DNA of 37,341 nucleotides from an uncultured Flavobacterium sp. Lineage in GTDB: Bacteria; Bacteroidota; Bacteroidia; Flavobacteriales; Flavobacteriaceae. Of the stretch, positions 9,729 through 16,854 are shown piece by piece. Below the pieces are notes generated by a model. The model saw only the letters and a list, made by a program, of their open reading frames with translations. It had not been told where the DNA came from and did not search any database. Both the position numbers and the translations under genes were made by a program. How positions within the stretch are numbered: position 1 is the stretch's first letter; every line of letters starts with the position of its first letter. The stretch spans positions 1 to 37,341 of the forward strand of contig CAYZBA010000001.1 of the NCBI GenBank assembly GCA_964476555.1, in the 5' to 3' direction.

Positions 9729-9779
9729 GATGTATATTTTTTTAATTAATAAAGGTTTGTGGTATTGTCTAAACAAGGA

Positions 9780-10142
9780 TTAGAAAACAACAGGCGGACC
9801 TTTGTTTTGGATGTTTTCAAGGAATATATTTTTATAAAACATCTTATATAAAGGAGTTTCTACTTCTTGGAAAATCACACATTTCTTAAGTTCTGAACAA
9901 CCAAAATCAAAAAGTTCCGTAAACGGAAGTTTATAAATACTCTGTTCACAATCATGGGTTTTGTGGTTTTTATGGAATTGTTTCGTATCGGAGTCAAAAA
10001 CTTCGAGATGATGTTCTATCACAAAATAGTGTAAAGCATTGTTGGCTTGTGGCAACCCAAACACCACAAACAACAACATCGCTCCTATTCTGTTGAATAA
10101 AAACTTTCTGTGCCCTTTTATTTTACATTTCTTATTTTTCAA
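9780..10142 (-). CDS. Small TM + His/Cys protein ending in KGPP; putative second DUF2946/CruR-like leader (arrest) peptide
   Basis: Hydrophobic segment, LHYFVIEHH, HKNHKTHDC, C-terminal NKGPPVVF. TTG start overlaps the TBDR TGA stop (TTGA); alternative ATG at 10079. Confidence 0.65.
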   Translation of the reverse strand: MKNKKCKIKGHRKFLFNRIGAMLLFVVFGLPQANNALHYFVIEHHLEVFDSDTKQFHKNHKTHDCEQSIYKLPFTELFDFGCSELKKCVIFQEVETPLYKMFYKNIFLENIQNKGPPVVF

Positions 10143-12466
10143 AACGTGTAACTAAACATGAGCTGTATGTTTCTTCCTTGCTCGGGAATTTCCAGAGCTC
10201 TATAAAAACTGGTGTGATTATAATATCGGGTATCAAAAATGTTTTGCACCATAAGTGTTGCTTCCAGCTGAGTTTTTCCCAGTGATAGTAATGACGAAAT
10301 TCCCGAATTAAATAGAGAAGCAGCCTTCGTAATTTCTTCGTTTTGAGCGATGCGTTTTTGTGCAGCAAAATATTTTCCGCTTAGGAAAACCTTAGTATCA
10401 TCTAAAATGGTATAATTTAGTTTAGTAAAAACATTCAAAGGCGGAGTAAACGGAAGCGGGTAGTTCTGCCCAATTTGTCTATTATAAATATACTCCAAAG
10501 CGATTTCGGTTGAAAAACGATTGACTTCCAACGTGTTTTCTACTTCAAAACCTGTCAGAAAGGCTTTGGTTTGCGAAAACTCATACAACTGGCCCGAATG
10601 TGGCAAAACCGAAAATTCTCCTGTAGGCTTTAGGAACAAATAATTCGAGAAATAATACAAATAAGAACTCACATTCCAACCTATCTTTCCTTTTTTATAT
10701 CGAATTTCAAAATCGACAGAGTAACCTTTTTCAGAATCCAATTCCGGGTTTCCTTTTTCGTGTCGGAAAGCGCCGTGGTGAATTCCGTTGGCTCCCAACT
10801 CAATCGCTGTTGGGTTTCGGAAACTGCTTCCGGTATTCAAAGCCAAATCTAAATACGGATTCCAACTGTATAAAATTCCAATTTTCATGTTGAAATTGCT
10901 AAAATTCCTTTTCAAATCCGGGCTTCGCAAAGCATAATGAGAAGCCAGATTTTCAGTATAATTTCTATCAATCAAATACTCATACAAAATTGGGTCGAAA
11001 TACTCTTTTATAGTAATGTCTGAAAAGTCAAATCGAACTCCTGCATTGCATCGAAGTTTATCTGAAAAACGAAAATGATGCAAACCGAAAACGCCATAAT
11101 TATTCCTTTTATATTCCGGGAGCAAGAAATTATAGCCTTTTATCGAATTCGCCTGATATTGAAGTTGAACACCAAAATCCGTATGATGTTTTTCATCGAA
11201 ATAATATCGAAGTTTCGCATTCGAGCTAATCGTATGAAGATTAAAATCAAGTTCTACATCCGGATTTTTTTCAGGTGGGGTTTGGTTAGAGAAATGCGTA
11301 TGAAATTCACTGATTTCTTGTCTGTGATTGGCCTGATAAGCCACATCAATACTAAAGTCTGACTTTGAAAATTTCCATTTATGAGAGTTATGAGCCGTAA
11401 AGTGATTGGTCTGCTGATACGGATATCCAATATTTCTTGAATTGCCATCGTCTTGTAGTCGATTCAGATCAGGAATTCCGTGCGAACCTGGGAAAAATCC
11501 GGTTTTATTTCGGTTATTAGTCAGCGTAACAATCGTTTGATAATTCTCTGACACGTATCCGATTTGCCCCAAAGCATTCCACTCAGTACCCGCAGTGTTC
11601 TTGAGTCTTCGATTGTAAGTCGGGATTTTTCGGGTTAAATAAATAATGGTGTCTGTCGGGATGTTAAAATCTCCGAAATCAGTAAAAAAGCCTTTAAGCT
11701 TATAGAACAACTTATTATCTCGTTTTCTAATATCGAGAGCTGTTCCTACACCATTGTTTACGGACTTTCCAAACAGAGTAACTTTTCCTGAAAAGCTATT
11801 TTCATTAGGAATCACATCATTTTTTACGTTCAAAACACCTCCTATAGCTTCGTTACCGTATTCGATGGATGCGGCTCCTTTAATAAGCTCAACCTGTTCG
11901 ACCGTAAAAGCATCTATCTCTAGCTGATGGTCTGCTCCCCATGGTTGCCCCTCGTGTTTGTTACCGTTTTGAGCCACCACGACCCTATTAAATCCAAATC
12001 CTCTGATAATGGGTTTAGAAGCTCCCGAACCAATCGTCATCGCATTAATTCCCGCCACATTCTCGAGAGACTGTATCAAAGAACCCGAATAGTTCTTCAA
12101 AATAACGTTACTGCCAATTGATTGTTTGTTTTCTACTTGTTTTACTACGCCGTGAATCTCTATGTTTTCAAGCAAGCTATTATCTTGTTGCAGAACAACA
12201 TTCAGCTGTTTATCTGCAGTCATATTTAATATTTCTTCGAATGGAATGAAGCCTAAATACGACACGAGTAGCCTATATTCAGAAGCTTTTAAGCCTGAAA
12301 CAGTATAATCGCCTTTGGCATCAGAAAAAGTATGGGTGTTTCCTAATCGTATGAGTGCTCCCGCTAATGGATTTCCACTTACATCTGTAATTTTCCCGGA
12401 AAGAGAATATTGGGGATGTGATAAAAATCCGATGAGCAAAAAAGCAATCGAAATGTATAATCGCAT
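10139..12466 (-). CDS. TonB-dependent outer membrane receptor, probable metal transporter
   Basis: Signal peptide, N-terminal carboxypeptidase-regulatory-like domain (SGKITD...VSYLGF), plug motifs (KPIIRGF; VELIKGAASIEYGNEAIGGVLN), terminal Phe, His motifs GSHG, FHTHF and GIHHG. Confidence 0.92.
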   Translation of the reverse strand: MRLYISIAFLLIGFLSHPQYSLSGKITDVSGNPLAGALIRLGNTHTFSDAKGDYTVSGLKASEYRLLVSYLGFIPFEEILNMTADKQLNVVLQQDNSLLENIEIHGVVKQVENKQSIGSNVILKNYSGSLIQSLENVAGINAMTIGSGASKPIIRGFGFNRVVVAQNGNKHEGQPWGADHQLEIDAFTVEQVELIKGAASIEYGNEAIGGVLNVKNDVIPNENSFSGKVTLFGKSVNNGVGTALDIRKRDNKLFYKLKGFFTDFGDFNIPTDTIIYLTRKIPTYNRRLKNTAGTEWNALGQIGYVSENYQTIVTLTNNRNKTGFFPGSHGIPDLNRLQDDGNSRNIGYPYQQTNHFTAHNSHKWKFSKSDFSIDVAYQANHRQEISEFHTHFSNQTPPEKNPDVELDFNLHTISSNAKLRYYFDEKHHTDFGVQLQYQANSIKGYNFLLPEYKRNNYGVFGLHHFRFSDKLRCNAGVRFDFSDITIKEYFDPILYEYLIDRNYTENLASHYALRSPDLKRNFSNFNMKIGILYSWNPYLDLALNTGSSFRNPTAIELGANGIHHGAFRHEKGNPELDSEKGYSVDFEIRYKKGKIGWNVSSYLYYFSNYLFLKPTGEFSVLPHSGQLYEFSQTKAFLTGFEVENTLEVNRFSTEIALEYIYNRQIGQNYPLPFTPPLNVFTKLNYTILDDTKVFLSGKYFAAQKRIAQNEEITKAASLFNSGISSLLSLGKTQLEATLMVQNIFDTRYYNHTSFYRALEIPEQGRNIQLMFSYTF

Positions 12467-12509
12467 TTTTGTTATCTTAAATGATTATTGAAAAAAACTC
12501 AGTGAATCA

Positions 12510-12830
12510 TTAAGATACAGGTGGTGCGCGAAGGGAAAAATACTCTACATAAGTTGTAGAGAATACAGTATTAGGGGTGACTGCTAACTTAGTATTTATA
12601 GGAAGTAGTTGAAAACTGTCAAAGGATAAAACAGCTACATCGGTAGCTGCACTAAAGGTAAAATCACAAATAGAACAATCTTCTTTTTCTGAAGTATGTT
12701 TATGTGTCGTACATTTGTGCTCTTGGTTGTCTTGCTGAAAATGCTCCACAACGTGAAGGGATTGAAATCCTATTACGAATAGGAAAATCCCAAGCAGAAA
12801 AACACTTATTTGTTGAGCTTTTGTTTTCAT
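12510..12830 (-). CDS. DUF2946/CruR-like upstream ORF with CxxC and C-terminal RAPP arrest motif
   Basis: ATG 12830: N-terminal hydrophobic helix, LHVVEH, HKCTTHKH, DCSIC, ending SLRAPPVS*, 43 nt before the TBDR ATG. Confidence 0.8.
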   Translation of the reverse strand: MKTKAQQISVFLLGIFLFVIGFQSLHVVEHFQQDNQEHKCTTHKHTSEKEDCSICDFTFSAATDVAVLSFDSFQLLPINTKLAVTPNTVFSTTYVEYFSLRAPPVS

Positions 12831-12844
12831 AGGCAAACTGAGTG

Positions 12845-12852
12845 CAAAGATA
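12845..12852 (-). promoter_or_regulatory. -7 promoter box (TATCTTTG) for the uORF-TBDR operon
   Basis: Exact TAnnTTTG 14 nt upstream of ATG 12830; no canonical -33 TTG seen. Confidence 0.6.
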
Positions 12853-12875
12853 GTAATTTTAATTCTAAAAAAGTT

Positions 12876-12905
12876 TTGGAGTTTAAAATCAAATGATTAC
12901 TTTTG
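12876..12905 (+). promoter_or_regulatory. rpsF operon promoter, TTG-N19-TACTTTTG
   Basis: TTG at 12876-12878 and TAnnTTTG at 12898-12905 with the canonical flavobacterial 19-nt spacer. Confidence 0.75.
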
Positions 12906-12937
12906 CACCCTCAATTAAACACATAAATAATATTAGT

Positions 12938-13279
12938 ATGAAACATTATGAAGCTGTTTTCATTTTAAATCCCGTTCTATCTGAGGCTCAGATAGAGGAA
13001 ACAGTAAGCAAATTTGAGAATTTTCTTACTTCCAGAGGGGCAAAAATGATTGCAAAAGAAAACTGGGGCTTGAAAAAGCTAGCTTATGAAATCCAAAACA
13101 AAAAAAGTGGATTTTATCATTTGTTTGAATTCCAAGTATCAGGTGATGTAATCGCTGATTTCGAAACAGAATTCAAACGTGACGAAAGAGTAATGCGTTA
13201 CCTTACTGTAGCTCTTGACAAACATGCTGTTGCTTGGGCTGAAAGAAGAAGAGAAAAACTTAAATCTAAATCAAACTAA
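12938..13279 (+). CDS. rpsF: 30S ribosomal protein S6
   Basis: [12 protein letters not shown]...[10 protein letters not shown]...GFY; true start ATG 12938 lies downstream of the promoter. Confidence 0.97.
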   Translation: MKHYEAVFILNPVLSEAQIEETVSKFENFLTSRGAKMIAKENWGLKKLAYEIQNKKSGFYHLFEFQVSGDVIADFETEFKRDERVMRYLTVALDKHAVAWAERRREKLKSKSN

Positions 13280-13281
13280 TT

Positions 13282-13578
13282 ATGTCAAACGTAGAACAAT
13301 CAGCAGGAGGAAAAAAAGGTGGAGACATCAGATATTTAACTCCGCTTAACATAGACACAAACAAACAAAAAAAATACTGTCGTTTCAAAAAAGCAGGTAT
13401 CAAATACATCGACTATAAAGATCCTGACTATCTTTTGAAATTCGTAAACGAGCAAGGAAAAATCCTTCCAAGACGTTTAACAGGAACTTCTTTGAAATAC
13501 CAAAGAAAAGTATCTGTAGCTATTAAAAGAGCACGTCACTTGGCACTTATGCCATATGTGGCAGATTTATTGAAATAA
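13282..13578 (+). CDS. rpsR: 30S ribosomal protein S18
   Basis: IDYKD...[10 protein letters not shown]...QR..AIKRAR.LALMPY. Confidence 0.98.
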   Translation: MSNVEQSAGGKKGGDIRYLTPLNIDTNKQKKYCRFKKAGIKYIDYKDPDYLLKFVNEQGKILPRRLTGTSLKYQRKVSVAIKRARHLALMPYVADLLK

Positions 13579-13589
13579 TTAATAAACTC

Positions 13590-13637
13590 AGTTGTTGGTT
13601 TCTGCCTTTTGCAGAACCTAACTTCTCAATACAAGGA
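13590..13637 (+). promoter_or_regulatory. Intercistronic hairpin plus SD-like AAGGA upstream of rplI
   Basis: GGTTTCTGC-CTTTT-GCAGAACC stem extended by AGTT/AACT, no U tract; AAGGA at 13633-13637, 8 nt before the ATG. Confidence 0.4.
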
Positions 13638-13645
13638 CAACAACA

Positions 13646-14086
13646 ATGGAAATCATTTTAAAACAAGACGTACCAAATTTAGGATTCAAAGACGATATCG
13701 TAACTGTAAAACCAGGTTATGCTCGTAACTATTTGATTCCTCAAGGAATGGCAATTTTCGCTAGTCCGTCTGCTAAAAAAGTATTAGCAGAAAATCTAAA
13801 ACAAAGAGCTTTCAAAGAGCAAAAACTAATTGACGAGGCTAAAAAAGTTGCTGAGGCTCTTAAAGGACTTGACATTAAAATTACTGCTAAAGCAGGTGGT
13901 GATAAACTTTTTGGTTCTGTTACAAACATTGATTTGGCTGAAGCTCTAGAAAAAGCCGGTCACTCAATCGACAGAAAATTCATCACTAGCGGAACTGTAA
14001 AAAGAACAGGTAAGTATACTGCTAGCATCCGTCTTCACAGAGATGTTATCGTAGAATTACCATACGAAATTATTGCAGAACAATAA
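13646..14086 (+). CDS. rplI: 50S ribosomal protein L9
   Basis: MEIILKQDV.NLG...VKPGYARNYLIP, KLFGSVT. Confidence 0.98.
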   Translation: MEIILKQDVPNLGFKDDIVTVKPGYARNYLIPQGMAIFASPSAKKVLAENLKQRAFKEQKLIDEAKKVAEALKGLDIKITAKAGGDKLFGSVTNIDLAEALEKAGHSIDRKFITSGTVKRTGKYTASIRLHRDVIVELPYEIIAEQ

Positions 14087-14134
14087 TTGCTACGCAATAA
14101 TAAATAGTTTTTTTCATAATTATAAGTTTTAAGG

Positions 14135-14171
14135 CGGAAGAGCCTCCCTTTTTTTGGGGAGGCTTTTCTGT
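14135..14171 (+). terminator. Intrinsic terminator after rplI
   Basis: GAAGAGCCTCCC/GGGAGGCTTTTC GC-rich stem followed by a T-rich tail. Confidence 0.75.
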
Positions 14172-14188
14172 ATAAAAATACGTTTACC

Positions 14189-14662
14189 ATGAAATATACT
14201 CGACTTACGAAAGAACAATTTGAAGAACTTCATTTGGAATTTGCTCGTTTTTTGGCTTCTCAGAGCATTGATAAGGCAGAATGGGAAAAGCTCAAAGCTG
14301 AAAAGCCTGAAGTAGCCGAACAAGAACTGGATGTTTTCTCTGATTTGATTTGGGAAGGCGCTTTAAACAAAACAGAATATCTGGAGCATTTTTCAAAAAA
14401 CCACATTTTCTTATTCCGTTTTTTCGAGAAAGAAGCGGAATCTATAGTGATTTCTGCCTTAGATCAATCTATTGACTTTTTAAACAAAGATGGGCTAATG
14501 TGGTTGTCTGAAAATTTACAATCTGACCAAATAGAAATTCGAAAAGGAAAGAAAGTATTACAAGACAGAAACGAAGAAATTTTCAACCTAATCAAACAAG
14601 GAGCTTCAATCAGTAAAGGGGAGCTGTATGAAACCCTTAATTCAAGTCAGAACGCTCTTTAA
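14189..14662 (+). CDS. Conserved flavobacterial protein (DUF6495-like)
   Basis: MKYTRLTKEQFEELH.EF..FLA.QSID..EW...ELDVFSDLIWEG, recognised as the conserved hypothetical commonly found after rplI in Flavobacteriia. Confidence 0.7.
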   Translation: MKYTRLTKEQFEELHLEFARFLASQSIDKAEWEKLKAEKPEVAEQELDVFSDLIWEGALNKTEYLEHFSKNHIFLFRFFEKEAESIVISALDQSIDFLNKDGLMWLSENLQSDQIEIRKGKKVLQDRNEEIFNLIKQGASISKGELYETLNSSQNAL

Positions 14663-15323
14663 CTAATCGCAATATCTCTTCAAACTGTTGTTCCTTGGTC
14701 AAGTAAGAGTTATCGATTTCGATGGCGTCATCTGCCTTCTTGAGCGGAGAATCGGCTCTGTGAGTGTCTATGTAATCTCTTTGGTTTACGTTTTCGAGAA
14801 CTTCATCAAAGGATACTTGTTCTCCTTTATTTGTAAGTTCTTCAAAACGTCGTTGTGCCCTGATTTCCGGTTTTGAAGTTATAAAAAGCTTAAGCTCTGC
14901 ATCCGGAAAAACAACAGTTCCGATATCGCGGCCATCCATCACGATACCTTTGTTTTTCCCCATTTTTTGTTGCTCTTTCACGAGTTTAGCACGAACTTCA
15001 GAGATTTCGGCTACTTTACTCACGTAACCTGAGACTTCGAAAGAGCGAATTTCTTTTTCTACATTTTCTCCGTTTAAATACGTTTCAGAAATAGCTGTTT
15101 GAGGATTGTATTTAAAGCAAATTTCGATCTTATCCAAATTTGCCACGAGTTTTTCTACTTCGAAAAAATTCTCCCCAATAAAACCTTGGTTCAAAGCATA
15201 CAAAGCCACAGCTCTATACATTGCTCCTGTATCTACATATACGTAGCCTAAGTGTTTTGCTAATTGTTTGGCAATGGTACTTTTTCCGGTCGAAGAAAAT
15301 CCGTCTATGGCAATCGTAATCAT
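14637..15323 (-). CDS. cmk: Cytidylate kinase
   Basis: IAIDG.SSTGKST P-loop, DTGAMYRAVA, MDGRDIGTVVFPDA, RDYID..R..SPL. Confidence 0.97.
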   Translation of the reverse strand: MITIAIDGFSSTGKSTIAKQLAKHLGYVYVDTGAMYRAVALYALNQGFIGENFFEVEKLVANLDKIEICFKYNPQTAISETYLNGENVEKEIRSFEVSGYVSKVAEISEVRAKLVKEQQKMGKNKGIVMDGRDIGTVVFPDAELKLFITSKPEIRAQRRFEELTNKGEQVSFDEVLENVNQRDYIDTHRADSPLKKADDAIEIDNSYLTKEQQFEEILRLVKERSDLN

Positions 15324-15342
15324 GGGGTGTGAGTATTATTTA

Positions 15343-15392
15343 TTAGTCCTTAGTCCGAAGCCTTAAAAAGGCTAAGCACTAAGGACTAAGTA
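15343..15392. repeat. Heptamer-built palindromic element (REP-like hairpin)
   Basis: TTAGTCC x2 (15343-15356) and CTAAGnA x3 (15372-15392) form perfect 12-bp arms plus an inner AGCCTT/AAGGCT stem. Confidence 0.7.
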
Positions 15393-15410
15393 CTGATGTT
15401 TATAAAAAAT

Positions 15411-16670
15411 TTAACTTACGTCAACAGTTTTTTCTGAAGCTATTTTCAGATAAGTTCCGTTAGTAAGTTTTTCTCTAATTGCTTCGAAGGCCTCAAGTGT
15501 TTGTTCGATATCTTCCATAGTGTGTGACGCCGTCGGAATCATACGAAGCAAGATAATTCCTTTTGGAATCACCGGATACACTACGATTGAAAGGAAAATT
15601 CCGTAATTTTCACGAAGGTCATTCACCATCATCATCGCTTCAGGAATACTTCCGTTCAAATATACCGGAGTTACACAAGTATTAGTATCTCCTATATTGA
15701 AACCTCTTGATTTCAATCCGTTTTGAAGTGCATTTACGTTTTCCCAAAGCTTTGCTTTTAATTCCGGCATCGAACGCAACATATCCAAACGTTTTAGAGC
15801 TCCGATAGTTTGAATCATCGGAAGCGCTTTTGCAAACATTTGAGAGCGCAAGTTATACTTCAAGTACTCGATAATATCTTTATCCGCAGCTACAAAAGCT
15901 CCGATACTTGCCATGGATTTAGCAAAAGTTGAGAAATACACATCGATTTGGTCTTGAACACCTTGCTCCTCTCCTGTTCCGGCTCCTGTTTTTCCAAGAG
16001 TTCCGAATCCGTGAGCGTCATCGACCAATAATCTGAAGTTGTATTTTGATTTTAAAGCACAAATTTCTTTCAGTTTACCTTGTTGACCTCTCATCCCAAA
16101 AACTCCTTCAGTAATCACAAGGATTCCTCCGCCAGTTTCTTCTGCCATTTTAGTAGCACGTTGAAGGTTTTTTTCGAAACTCTCCAGGTCATTGTGCTTG
16201 TATGTAAAACGCTTTCCGTGGTGAAGGCGAACTCCGTCAATAATACAAGCATGAGAATCTACATCATATACAATTACATCGTTTTTAGATACCAAAGCGT
16301 CGATGATAGAAACCATTCCTTGGTAACCGAAGTTCAACAAATATGCTGCTTCTTTGTGAACGAAGGCAGCCAATTCTCTTTCTAACTGTTCATGAATGTC
16401 TGTATGACCACTCATCATTCTGGCTCCCATCGGGTAAGCCGCTCCGTATTGTTGAGCTGCTTCGGCGTCAACTTTTCTGATTTCAGGATGGTTAGCCAAT
16501 CCTAAATAATCATTTATACTCCAGTTTAGAATTTCTTTTCCGTGAAATTTCATTCTTGGTCCTAGCTCTCCTTCCAATTTTGGGAATACATAATATCCTT
16601 CTGCTTGTGAAGCCCACTTTCCTAACGGACCTTTATTTTCATGGATTCTTTCGAATAAATCTTTTACCAT
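15411..16670 (-). CDS. PLP-dependent alpha-oxoamine synthase, most like the cysteate acyltransferase SulA/CapB of sulfonolipid (capnine) synthesis
   Basis: AOS motifs NDYLGL, SHACIIDG, DDAHG, STFAKS. GYYVFPKLEGELGP, PMGARMMSG and YNLRSQMFAKALP match my recollection of the Alistipes SulA / F. johnsoniae enzyme better than BioF or Kbl. Confidence 0.8.
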   Translation of the reverse strand: MVKDLFERIHENKGPLGKWASQAEGYYVFPKLEGELGPRMKFHGKEILNWSINDYLGLANHPEIRKVDAEAAQQYGAAYPMGARMMSGHTDIHEQLERELAAFVHKEAAYLLNFGYQGMVSIIDALVSKNDVIVYDVDSHACIIDGVRLHHGKRFTYKHNDLESFEKNLQRATKMAEETGGGILVITEGVFGMRGQQGKLKEICALKSKYNFRLLVDDAHGFGTLGKTGAGTGEEQGVQDQIDVYFSTFAKSMASIGAFVAADKDIIEYLKYNLRSQMFAKALPMIQTIGALKRLDMLRSMPELKAKLWENVNALQNGLKSRGFNIGDTNTCVTPVYLNGSIPEAMMMVNDLRENYGIFLSIVVYPVIPKGIILLRMIPTASHTMEDIEQTLEAFEAIREKLTNGTYLKIASEKTVDVS

Positions 16671-16706
16671 AATCTGTGGAATTATTTGTTTTTATAGAAC
16701 TCGCTG

Positions 16707-16714
16707 CAAATTTA
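16707..16714 (-). promoter_or_regulatory. -7 promoter box (TAAATTTG) for the SulA-like gene
   Basis: Exact TAnnTTTG 36 nt upstream of the ATG. Confidence 0.6.
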
Positions 16715-16796
16715 GCAAAATGAAGAGTAAACTTTGGATATTCTTAAATATATTTTTAGTTGAATTATATAGTTTGAGACAGCTCTTTAAATCTTC

Positions 16797-16828
16797 TTTG
16801 CAAAATAAGTCGCTAATACTTATCTTTG
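16797..16828 (+). promoter_or_regulatory. Promoter TTTG-N20-TATCTTTG for the 2-oxoacid dehydrogenase
   Basis: Both Bacteroidota elements present; places the real start at ATG 16855 rather than 16720. Confidence 0.7.
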
Positions 16829-16854
16829 CGTGGTTTACACTTTATACAATAGTA

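Noticed and set aside
13282-13578. S18 lacking a Zn ribbon next to a metal-uptake operon (possible Zur-regulated paralog)
   Set aside because: It lies in the core rpsF-rpsR-rplI operon, and this form is normal for Bacteroidota.
16720-16854. 45-aa N-terminal extension of the E1 protein
   Set aside because: Contains the gene's own promoter; ATG 16855 is the plausible start. The same logic trims the extensions on mutL, rpsF and the 55-aa protein; rplS was trimmed on its N-terminal sequence and the leader hairpin.
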